DNA from: a virus
IMG/VR virus record: IMGVR_UViG_3300009008_000003
DNA: 64,000 nucleotides
Direction: 5' to 3' (one strand)
The translations under genes were made by a program, and so were the position numbers. This document shows, in pieces, positions 54,468 through 62,440 of this stretch. A model generated the notes under the pieces. That model searched no databases and was not told the DNA's origin. It was given only the letters and a program-made list of their open reading frames with translations. Position 1 is the stretch's first letter; each line of letters begins with the position of its first letter.

Positions 54468-55669
54468 TGCTACACGGTCCATGTCAACATATACTGGTTG
54501 CATATGATTTTAGAAAACCTTTTAACCAAGACTTCGGTAAATTGCCTGGGTTAATAGGAGTAGCACGTCGTGGCGGTACCATACTATTTGAAAATATAAA
54601 GTACAATGTATTTTGGCAACGATATAAAGATGGAAAGTTGCCTCCATATCTAAAAATATTTACCTTTGATGTGGATAGATATAAACTAGTAAGAGCTCGC
54701 ACGTTAAAGAAAGTAGAATATAAAAAAGAGCTATACGATTTCAAACTGCGTAATAAAGTTATAAGAGGTCATAGTATTTTGGCCTTTGATAAAAATCTTG
54801 GTATAGTAACTAATATATCGGGAGAAGACGCGCTTGGAGCCTGGGTGCCTTTGCCTTTAGAATTAGAGGTCCCAGGCCCAGATCTACCGGGTGGGTTTGA
54901 AGAAGCTTGGGAAATTGGCAACAATATAGCATTAAATAGTGTCAAAAAACGTTCCGTTAATCCTAGCATAACTACCCTAAGAATGAATCTGACTGATGAT
55001 TTTTTAGCGCATAGTTATGACTATAGACTAGGGCTGTTCTCCGGGCTATTTAACAAGTGGGGTAACTTGCCTCTTGGGGGAGACGGAGCAGGTTGGGAAG
55101 GAAAACATGATTCCTTATCTCGCCCAAAATTTAAATGTGTTCAACAAAGGCGAACATTTTGGTTTAACTTCAGACAACTAGTAGCTAGTCTTGGACAAGA
55201 AACTAATGATAAAACTGATTATGGCTACTATAAATATTACGTTACCAGGTTACGCCCCACTTCTTTCTATCCTTTAATAGATAAATTAAAAATAGACAAC
55301 AGTAAACGTCAAAGAGAAGTAGATAGATTCAAAGACGTATACCATTCAAACCAGGAAGGCGGACGTGCGGTTCCGATGGATAGAGCTATCTCTGATACAC
55401 TTTCTTACTATAAAGCTATACTAACTGGAAGCGAAGACGAGCTAACTAGAAAATACGCTACCCGCTTATTAGAGAATGATCTGCATATAGCAGACAAAAA
55501 TTTAACATATATCGACAATTGGCGTAAATATATGGTAAATAATAAAAAAATATATTGGGTAAAAATTGATGGGGTGCAGGCGGTTGAGCCAGAGCAAACC
55601 ACCACCAATTTTTTATTAGACATGTCAATTCCTTTCCTTTCGGCCTACTTGTTGCCTCAGAGTGAATAA
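54467..55669 (+). CDS. 400-aa unknown protein translationally coupled to the RNAP gene
   Basis: TAATG overlap; basic and aromatic-rich; no motif recognised. Confidence 0.75.
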   Translation: MLHGPCQHILVAYDFRKPFNQDFGKLPGLIGVARRGGTILFENIKYNVFWQRYKDGKLPPYLKIFTFDVDRYKLVRARTLKKVEYKKELYDFKLRNKVIRGHSILAFDKNLGIVTNISGEDALGAWVPLPLELEVPGPDLPGGFEEAWEIGNNIALNSVKKRSVNPSITTLRMNLTDDFLAHSYDYRLGLFSGLFNKWGNLPLGGDGAGWEGKHDSLSRPKFKCVQQRRTFWFNFRQLVASLGQETNDKTDYGYYKYYVTRLRPTSFYPLIDKLKIDNSKRQREVDRFKDVYHSNQEGGRAVPMDRAISDTLSYYKAILTGSEDELTRKYATRLLENDLHIADKNLTYIDNWRKYMVNNKKIYWVKIDGVQAVEPEQTTTNFLLDMSIPFLSAYLLPQSE

Positions 55670-55751
55670 AGTAAGACGCGTCCCGTAACTCCAAAAACTA
55701 TGAATGAAGTAAGTAAGCTCATAATACATAGCGTATTAAAGCCTACTTTTA

Positions 55752-55764
55752 TCTTATACCATAA
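55752..55764 (-). promoter_or_regulatory. Phage promoter-like motif, copy 5, pointing antisense into the RNAP operon
   Basis: AATTATGGTATAAGATAAA, an exact match to the consensus core. Confidence 0.55.
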
Positions 55765-55770
55765 TTTGAC

Positions 55771-55799
55771 TTGACTTTTGACTAATTTATTACTAAACT
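55771..55799 (+). promoter_or_regulatory. Sigma70-type promoter, probably leaderless
   Basis: TTGACT, N17, TAAACT; ATG 55807 is 7 nt downstream. Confidence 0.55.
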
Positions 55800-55806
55800 T
55801 AGTTTA

Positions 55807-56298
55807 ATGAAATATAACGAACAATACGAACTATATAAGAAATTATTGTGGTTATCTAAAAGAGGCACGAACACACAAAAAGACTTAGCTGGCCTTGTTC
55901 GTGAATCTATTAAAGATATACCACTGTGGGATGGAACAATAACACTTACTGGGCCTTTCCTATTGGGAGGTGGAGGCTTTGTTCCTTGGGTAGATCTAAG
56001 TATAATAGGCAAACACGGTGAGTTTTTAAAAGATCATATTAATCCACCAAAGGATATTAAAGATCATTTGCTTTGTCCTATAAAGATACACTACCACTAT
56101 GTAGAAGAAGATAATCTATTCGCCCAGGCTCAATGGGCAAGAGACTACCTGGCTGAACATGTTTTGTCTCATGTAGAACTTGCACAGGTTCTAGGAAGAG
56201 TGGCTAAAGGTCATGACATAGGTAAAGCGTTTGCAAATATAGTAAACACCCAAACTATACCTCATTTACAACTAATGGTGGATAAGCAATTATTATGA
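55807..56298 (+). CDS. Hypothetical protein
   Basis: 163 aa, ATGA overlap with the GT gene. Confidence 0.7.
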   Translation: MKYNEQYELYKKLLWLSKRGTNTQKDLAGLVRESIKDIPLWDGTITLTGPFLLGGGGFVPWVDLSIIGKHGEFLKDHINPPKDIKDHLLCPIKIHYHYVEEDNLFAQAQWARDYLAEHVLSHVELAQVLGRVAKGHDIGKAFANIVNTQTIPHLQLMVDKQLL

Positions 56299-58850
56299 AA
56301 GTATCAGCAATAGTAAGAACACATAACTGCGAACGCACAATTGAATCTTCGGTTAAATCAATTGTTGATATAGTAGATGAAATAATAGTAGTTGATAATA
56401 TTTCTACAGATAATACTGTTAATATTATAGAATCGCTCATATCGTCTTTGGATCATAAGGTTAATATTAAATTTTATCGCTATAATCATGCGATATATTG
56501 GCCAGTCACCAGCGAAGCTTCGGTAAACGCTTTTGAGCATGATCCTAGACATATGACAAGTTATCAAAATTTTTGCTTAGAGAAGACATCGTATGATTGG
56601 GTAATGCGTTTAGATGGGGACTGCGTTGTTAGTGGTCTAGATAAATTCAAATTGGATAATATTATCGGGGAAGCCGACCCTAATAATACTTTGTGGGTAT
56701 CAGTAAGTAATGTTATAGGAAAAAATAAGCGACTAAAACCAGATAAGACATATGATATGTTTTTATTCTGCAAGACAAAATATCCTAAATATATAAAGTA
56801 TAAAACTGGTACTGCCTATGTAAAACATATAGGGCTAGAGCCAGAAAGAATTTATAGAAAAGATTTAGATTCGTCTGGAGTATTTCTGTATCACTTTGGT
56901 AGGCAATTATCTAATTACTCTCGCGGAGTAGCCTGGAAAGAACGCGACTGGGAAGAGGTTTATGTAGAAATTAATCCATTTTACGATCAATTTGAAAAGT
57001 ATCTAAATTTCGTAATACCCGTGTACGGTGAACGATTCGAAAAATATGCAGAAAGGCTTGTACGTTCTATAGAAACCTTCTACCCGGAGGCAAACATATT
57101 TTTGTATCATGGGGATCATGACAAAATAACCATAGACAAATTTAAAATAGCTAATGAACTAATTAACAAGGGTGAAATATTTCATGGATCCCTTATCATA
57201 ATGGACGCAGACACAGCTATACTTCGTCCATGTGACGACTTTTTCTATTTCGCAGATACACACAATAATGATTTACACATTACTTATGATACTGGCGGTA
57301 CCATTAGAGATATAGATGACATGTATAAGCTTGGTAAAGTGGGCGGCACTTATGTATCTGATGATTATTGGGAATTATTTGGCAATTCAGCGAGCGCTCA
57401 TTTAGATGAGCACCCGTTTAATGCTGGTGTTATTGTCTTTAACCTTGATAAGTACGGAGTAAAAGATAAAATAAAAGAGCTAGCGGAAATAAGTGATAGA
57501 ATAAAATATAGCACTATTTGGCCTATGGAACAGGGATTATTGACTATTTATATACATCAGAATAATTTGGAATATACTACATTCGGGAGTACTTATAACT
57601 CTACTGGTGGGGAACACAATGACCCGGGGTTAGAGGATAAGATAAAAATTATGCATTATCACGATGACGCGCGGTTTAATGAAAAGTTATATAATAAAAA
57701 AATAAATATAAAAACTGGCAAACATCGTAGGCCCACGTTGCATCTTCTAGGTCTAGGTCATACTATAACAAGAGAAGACTTTTCACACTGTGCTTTTACC
57801 ATGAAGACTCGTAAAATGGCTAAAATGATGGGAGCTATGGGCTATGAAGTACTTCACTATGGGGTTGAGGGTCCAGACGTTGAGCAGTATAAAAATGTAA
57901 AACATATAGATGTAGTTGATAATAATACATGGCAGGCAGAGTACGGTGACTTTGAAAAGGAAAAATATCAATTTAAATATGATACGTACGGTACCTCCTG
58001 GAGAGTTTTCCAAAACAATGCTAAAGATAAGCTTGGCTTATACTATAAATCTGGGGATCTAATACTTAGTTCTTTTGGCCACCCTCATGCCTTTGCCATG
58101 GAATTTGGACCAGTAATAGAAATGGGCATTGGTTATAGCCATAGAGCATGCTTTGCCCCTTATCGTGTGTATGAAAGCTATGCCTGGATGAATGAGTGCA
58201 GAGCTAGAGAAGATAGTGGTAACCCCAAAGCATACCATGTTGTAATACCTAATTATTTTGATCTAAAAGAGTTTGCCTGGGAGAGTTCCGATAAAAAATC
58301 CTATTTCGCATTCTTGGGCAGGATGAATGTTGATAAAGGCATAGAAACCGCCTGTCTCGTAGCAGAGGACCTAGGCATTCCTTTAAAAGCTGCTGGACAA
58401 TTAGGTGGCCCAGATGATAAATTTGTAAAGAAATTAAAAGATCAATACAAGATGTTTGAGCATATAGGAACAGTAGGCATTAAAGAACGTAGCGACTTTT
58501 TAAAAGGATCTATAGCTACCTTTGTTCCCACACATTATCCAGAACCTTTTGGGGGCGTAGCTGTTGAATCTATGTTATGCGGTACGCCAGTAATTACGTC
58601 GGATTGGGGAGCCTTTCCAGAGACTGTGATAGATGGCGTTACTGGATATAGATGCCGAACATTAAAAGATTATATAGATGCAGGTAAAAATATAATTAAA
58701 AAAAGAGAACTAGTCAGTTGGCCCTGCAGAGAACATGGTGAGAAATATTCATTAGAGAATATAGGACTAAAGTATGATAAATACTTTAAAGACGTACAAC
58801 GTGTAATAATGGGCGAAGGTTGGTATGAACTTAGTGCCGATTGGTATTAA
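56295..58850 (+). CDS. Tri-domain glycosyltransferase (GT2-like + GT8-like + GT4-like)
   Basis: N-terminal: IIVVDNISTDNT..WVMRLDGD. Middle: LIIMDADT..FNAGVIVFN..EQGLL..IMHY. C-terminal: FLGRMNVDKG..EPFGGVAVESMLCGTPVITSDWGAFPE. Confidence 0.88.
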   Translation: MKVSAIVRTHNCERTIESSVKSIVDIVDEIIVVDNISTDNTVNIIESLISSLDHKVNIKFYRYNHAIYWPVTSEASVNAFEHDPRHMTSYQNFCLEKTSYDWVMRLDGDCVVSGLDKFKLDNIIGEADPNNTLWVSVSNVIGKNKRLKPDKTYDMFLFCKTKYPKYIKYKTGTAYVKHIGLEPERIYRKDLDSSGVFLYHFGRQLSNYSRGVAWKERDWEEVYVEINPFYDQFEKYLNFVIPVYGERFEKYAERLVRSIETFYPEANIFLYHGDHDKITIDKFKIANELINKGEIFHGSLIIMDADTAILRPCDDFFYFADTHNNDLHITYDTGGTIRDIDDMYKLGKVGGTYVSDDYWELFGNSASAHLDEHPFNAGVIVFNLDKYGVKDKIKELAEISDRIKYSTIWPMEQGLLTIYIHQNNLEYTTFGSTYNSTGGEHNDPGLEDKIKIMHYHDDARFNEKLYNKKINIKTGKHRRPTLHLLGLGHTITREDFSHCAFTMKTRKMAKMMGAMGYEVLHYGVEGPDVEQYKNVKHIDVVDNNTWQAEYGDFEKEKYQFKYDTYGTSWRVFQNNAKDKLGLYYKSGDLILSSFGHPHAFAMEFGPVIEMGIGYSHRACFAPYRVYESYAWMNECRAREDSGNPKAYHVVIPNYFDLKEFAWESSDKKSYFAFLGRMNVDKGIETACLVAEDLGIPLKAAGQLGGPDDKFVKKLKDQYKMFEHIGTVGIKERSDFLKGSIATFVPTHYPEPFGGVAVESMLCGTPVITSDWGAFPETVIDGVTGYRCRTLKDYIDAGKNIIKKRELVSWPCREHGEKYSLENIGLKYDKYFKDVQRVIMGEGWYELSADWY

Positions 58851-58876
58851 AAAAAGGAACGCTAGGTTCCTATTTT
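58849..58876. terminator. Bidirectional terminator between convergent genes
   Basis: A7-GGAAC-gctag-GTTCCT-ATTTT. Confidence 0.65.
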
Positions 58877-59170
58877 CTTTAGTTCTTTCTTCTTTACGTC
58901 CTTGAATTTAGCTAATGTGATATCTCCAGTATCTATAGCATTTAGTATGCTGTTTCGCAGCATTAATTTTTCCACAATACGTGCAAATACAGCCGAAACT
59001 AATTCATCGGTCAGCTGAGATTGATTCTTGAGTTTATGCTTGAGATGATCCTTCAAATGTTTCTTAGGATAACGCATTCTGATATGCCTGAATTCTTCAT
59101 CAAACATTAAAACATAATGGGATCCTCCGTATACCACGAGTATATAATCTGATAATTCATCTACGGTCAT
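58862..59170 (-). CDS. Hypothetical protein
   Basis: 102 aa, SD AAAGGA. Confidence 0.7.
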   Translation of the reverse strand: MTVDELSDYILVVYGGSHYVLMFDEEFRHIRMRYPKKHLKDHLKHKLKNQSQLTDELVSAVFARIVEKLMLRNSILNAIDTGDITLAKFKDVKKKELKKIGT

Positions 59171-59185
59171 TTTGTATTCCTTTGT

Positions 59186-59210
59186 AAAAAAAGGGAGCTA
59201 GAGCTCCCTT
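59186..59210 (-). terminator. Intrinsic terminator
   Basis: AAGGGAGC-N4-GCTCCCTT with minus-strand T7. Confidence 0.75.
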
Positions 59211-59449
59211 TGAAATTTTATGAGTATAATACGAAGAGAGGCGTTTACCACTCTAGGTGTAATGTCTTCTTCGTTAGCAAACAATTCACTAAGATGCTCC
59301 CTTACTTGAGCATCCAGGACCGGCGTTGGTGATTTTATCAATAGCAGATCCATGTAAAGTTTTCGATGTTTCATCCAGATAGTGTTAATCACGTCCGGGA
59401 AGCTCATCATTTTAGTTTCCATTGGCTTGTTTCCATTTTTTTCTAACAC
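59198..59449 (-). CDS. Hypothetical protein (true start may be 59422)
   Basis: In series with its neighbours; the stop lies in the terminator hairpin. Confidence 0.55.
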   Translation of the reverse strand: MLEKNGNKPMETKMMSFPDVINTIWMKHRKLYMDLLLIKSPTPVLDAQVREHLSELFANEEDITPRVVNASLRIILIKFQREL

Positions 59450-59609
59450 CGAACCATGCGGCTATAATGATTGGGGCCGCAATCCATTCCACCCACGTAT
59501 TGAGTGGGTCTCTCATACCGGCCATTGTTAATGGGAAGCGGTATAGCCAAAGAATAGTAGCAATAATAACTGCTACTAGGCTTACCCACTTTTGTGCTCT
59601 GGTACTCAT
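59412..59609 (-). CDS. Small two-TM membrane protein
   Basis: WVSLVAVIIATILWLY...WVEWIAAPIIIAAWFGV followed by a basic tail. Confidence 0.7.
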   Translation of the reverse strand: MSTRAQKWVSLVAVIIATILWLYRFPLTMAGMRDPLNTWVEWIAAPIIIAAWFGVRKKWKQANGN

Positions 59610-60628
59610 GGTACCGGCGGAGAACAGTAGAACCCATCACAATAGACACCGCCCAACCACGGATTGTCCATGAAACTGTTGGTTCCTTCGCCGCCCTCTT
59701 CCTCGGCGTTAGGGTTGCAATATTCGCCTTCATTGAAAACAAAGTTATTGACTTCATCCATTAAACTCCAAGCAGCTACGGCTGCGGCACCGCCGATAAA
59801 GGGGTTACCTCCTGTAGCGGCTCCTACAATCACTCCTGTGACAGTACCAGCTACGAACTGGCTAGTTGCACGAGCGCGTGCTACAGAGTTATGACAGGCT
59901 GCGCAACCATCTTCAGGCCCGTTTTCCAGAAACGGCATGTCTCCAAAGTACGCTGGTACCGCTGAGAGCATTTCATCGCGATACGACAACAGCCACATAA
60001 CTCGATAGTTCGAGTAACGCTTGAGATATGGCTTGCTACAAACTTCCATTACTGCTTCGGATATGCGTTGTCTAGCAGCATCTAGTGTATGCTCATGTCT
60101 GGACAGCAGGTTATTATGACTAGGATCCACTTCGATAGCATGTGTGCCAGGTGGTAAAGGTACCCAATTAGATCTCTCTTCAATAAGCTCTATAAGTTGG
60201 ACTGTGAGATAGTTGGCATCCGGGTAATGTTCCCCGTTGCCATAAGGTGGCCGGTTAGCCATGATCTGCCTGGTCAGCCAAACAAGATAATAGTATTGTT
60301 CTGTAGCGGCTAGGCTGCTATCATAGGTGATACCAGGTTCAAGATATTCCAGACCATGTATCTCCAAAAGATACTGAAGAGTATCTTCGTAAGAAAAGGG
60401 ATTATCCTTATTCTGTACAAAGAAAGAGTAGATCCACTTCTCATTTTCGGTTAGAGAAGAAGTTTCTACAAACCGATCAAGAGCCTGTTGACACTGGATT
60501 GTGTTTTCAGCAACTGACTCAAGCTGGTGGGTAACAAGCATAGTAGGGTTTGGGGCTGTGGGGCTGGAGCGTTCTGAAGCACAATTGGCAAAGAAAAGTA
60601 TTGCCATGAGGGGAATTAAAAGTTTCAT
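59606..60628 (-). CDS. Lipoprotein with C-terminal glycine zipper
   Basis: MKLLIPLMAILFFAN-C lipobox; SD AAAGGAG; FVAGTVTGVIVGAATGGNPFIGGAAAVAAW. Confidence 0.7.
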   Translation of the reverse strand: MKLLIPLMAILFFANCASERSSPTAPNPTMLVTHQLESVAENTIQCQQALDRFVETSSLTENEKWIYSFFVQNKDNPFSYEDTLQYLLEIHGLEYLEPGITYDSSLAATEQYYYLVWLTRQIMANRPPYGNGEHYPDANYLTVQLIELIEERSNWVPLPPGTHAIEVDPSHNNLLSRHEHTLDAARQRISEAVMEVCSKPYLKRYSNYRVMWLLSYRDEMLSAVPAYFGDMPFLENGPEDGCAACHNSVARARATSQFVAGTVTGVIVGAATGGNPFIGGAAAVAAWSLMDEVNNFVFNEGEYCNPNAEEEGGEGTNSFMDNPWLGGVYCDGFYCSPPVP

Positions 60629-60665
60629 GATTTACTCCTTTGTTTGTATTAATACCTCCTATGTT

Positions 60666-60700
60666 TCTTATACCCTAAAAAAAGGGGACAGATGTCCCCT
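60666..60700 (-). promoter_or_regulatory. Terminator + promoter cassette (motif copy 6)
   Basis: AGGGGACA-tc-TGTCCCCT-T-tract running into AGGGTATAAGAAA. Confidence 0.7.
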
Positions 60701-60704
60701 TGGT

Positions 60705-60908
60705 TTACTTACTATCGACGGGTTTGGCAGACCACGCTGTAGGGTTGCCCTTTAATCCATCTTGACGCATTACCTGCTGAATGGCAGCGGTTTCCTGGGC
60801 ATGAATAGCCCGGTGTACACACTGGTCCATAAGCACCGTTTTGCCCGCATGGCGAGCAGTGTGATGACGTTCCATCGGAGCGCCATCGGATCCTGTCGGA
60901 TTAGCCAC
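60705..60908 (-). CDS. 67-aa protein with an HNH-like His/Cys pattern (GTG start at 60908)
   Basis: SD AGGAGG 8 nt upstream; ERHH....GKTV.MDQCVHRAIH. Confidence 0.5.
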   Translation of the reverse strand: MANPTGSDGAPMERHHTARHAGKTVLMDQCVHRAIHAQETAAIQQVMRQDGLKGNPTAWSAKPVDSK

Positions 60909-60960
60909 GATCATCACCTCCTAACACGGCTGTTAAATTGATGCTCTTTTACTAGTGAGC

Positions 60961-60972
60961 CTAGTTTGCCAT
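60961..60972 (-). other. Minigene Met-Ala-Asn-stop behind a perfect SD
   Basis: AGGAGG-N8-ATG GCA AAC TAG. Confidence 0.45.
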
Positions 60973-61023
60973 GATTGGAGCCTCCTATTCCTGCTTGTTA
61001 TAGAAGTAATGATCCTCTATTTA

Positions 61024-61055
61024 TCTTATGCCATAAAAAAGGGCCGAAGCCCTTT
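61024..61055 (-). promoter_or_regulatory. Terminator + promoter cassette (motif copy 7)
   Basis: AAAGGGC-TTCG-GCCCTTTTTT-ATGGCATAAGATAA (C-UUCG-G tetraloop). Confidence 0.75.
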
Positions 61056-61056
61056 G

Positions 61057-62013
61057 TTATTCTACCACCGGCTCGAAGTCCGGAAGGAAGATATTTAGGA
61101 ACGTATCCTCTGAGGCAGCAATCACGTGATATTCCCCGTCATCTGGCAGATCATTTTTCTCAGCTACTATACCAACCAGATTGTAAGCCTGCTTGATTTT
61201 TTCCTGAGATTCTGGACTTAACCGTGCAGCTACGCCAGATTGCATATACCGATCTATAGGTATTATTTCGATCTCTGCATCTGGGGTTTTTTCCTCCTCT
61301 GCAGAGAACTCCACACTGACCGGACTTTCACCTTCCTTAATATTTTCAACAAACTGGGTTTTAAGGTGTTTGTTAAGAGCTTGTGCCCGGGCAGCTCCGC
61401 CTTTGGCTTTTAATTCTTTAACAGATTTGGCCGTGAATTTTAGCAGAAAAGCTGCTTTTTCATATACATCCTTAGGAAGTTCTTTGCATCCCACAGCCCG
61501 GTAACTGTCAAAAGCGACTCTTTCTTCTTCCCTGATATCGAATACCAAGGCAAGTTGCGTAGGTGAAAGATCATATTTTCCAAGTACCCTTTGCAGGGCA
61601 TTCCGGTGTGGGGAGTGTTTTTTCCTCTCTTTACCGTTCTTTTCCTCTGTTGGCTCGGTCTTGTCTTTAGACTTTCTTTCACCGATCATAAGACGCGGTA
61701 TATTGTACGGACCTAACTTCTCTACTAAGTATGCCCATGCCGCAGTTAAGGTCATTCCCTGCATTTCTACACACCGCTCTCCCAGAATGGTCTCTAGGTG
61801 ATTAAGAGCCATTGTAATTTCGGCAGGCATGGTACGTATACCATGTAAACAGTTGTTTACGAATTTCTTTTCTCGATTGCCATAAGGCAGCCCCAGAAGT
61901 CGTACCAATTCAGTTTTGGCGACTTTACCGTCTTTCAGCCCAATGTCATTGTTAAGAATGTTAACTAACTTTTCCCACTGAAAGAATTCAGCTGGTTTTT
62001 CTTTGATAGACAT
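61057..62013 (-). CDS. Hypothetical protein with two HTH-like segments
   Basis: KTELVRLLGLP and LGKYDLSPTQLALVFDI; SD AAAGGAG. Confidence 0.6.
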   Translation of the reverse strand: MSIKEKPAEFFQWEKLVNILNNDIGLKDGKVAKTELVRLLGLPYGNREKKFVNNCLHGIRTMPAEITMALNHLETILGERCVEMQGMTLTAAWAYLVEKLGPYNIPRLMIGERKSKDKTEPTEEKNGKERKKHSPHRNALQRVLGKYDLSPTQLALVFDIREEERVAFDSYRAVGCKELPKDVYEKAAFLLKFTAKSVKELKAKGGAARAQALNKHLKTQFVENIKEGESPVSVEFSAEEEKTPDAEIEIIPIDRYMQSGVAARLSPESQEKIKQAYNLVGIVAEKNDLPDDGEYHVIAASEDTFLNIFLPDFEPVVE

Positions 62014-62056
62014 GTCAGTCTCCTTTGTTGTGATGACGATGTATGCTCCATATAGT

Positions 62057-62093
62057 ACTTATACCATAAAAAAGGGAACCGTTAGGTTCCCTT
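62057..62093 (-). promoter_or_regulatory. Terminator + promoter cassette (motif copy 8)
   Basis: AAGGGAACC-taac-GGTTCCCTTTTTT-ATGGTATAAGTA. Confidence 0.75.
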
Positions 62094-62197
62094 CGATCAT
62101 GATAACACATAGACACACTGGGAGCATAGTAAACACAACATCGGGAGTCAAACCCCAGAAAGCTAGGTACTAATGGAAGTGTGTATAGTTATCCTTA
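62067..62197 (-). ncRNA. Candidate ~130-nt small RNA with a rod-like 93-nt core
   Basis: Bounded by motif copy 9 and the terminator; nested inverted repeats 62101-62106/62188-62193, 62113-62119/62178-62184 and 62125-62131/62168-62175; no SD-led ORF. Confidence 0.5.
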
Positions 62198-62201
62198 TAT
62201 T

Positions 62202-62214
62202 ACTTATGCCATAA
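62202..62214 (-). promoter_or_regulatory. Phage promoter-like motif, copy 9 (TTTATGGCATAAGTAA)
   Basis: Intergenic; same core as the other copies. Confidence 0.6.
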
Positions 62215-62221
62215 AGCAGCT

Positions 62222-62440
62222 CTACTTTTGATCGTACTCTGCTGTTTTATCATCGCCGTGTTCTACCTGTGAACGTAGCACAGCACTTAGTAAATTACTG
62301 CGCCATTCCGTATCTAAATACTGTCTGTATACATACCCCATTACACGAGCTACCATGCCTATAGGTGTATCCGACTGTTCTGCTATCTCTATATTAAAAT
62401 CTGTAAGATCTGGTAATTTTTTCTTCTCTTCTTCACTCAT
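62222..62440 (-). CDS. Hypothetical protein
   Basis: 72 aa, SD AGGA; overlaps the upstream gene. Confidence 0.65.
   Translation of the reverse strand: MSEEEKKKLPDLTDFNIEIAEQSDTPIGMVARVMGYVYRQYLDTEWRSNLLSAVLRSQVEHGDDKTAEYDQK

Noticed and set aside
62135-62175. tRNA gene suggested by the T-loop-like GGGGTTTGACTCCC on the minus strand
   Set aside because: No acceptor stem, D arm or anticodon arm can be built at tRNA spacing; the segment is better explained as part of a rod-like hairpin.
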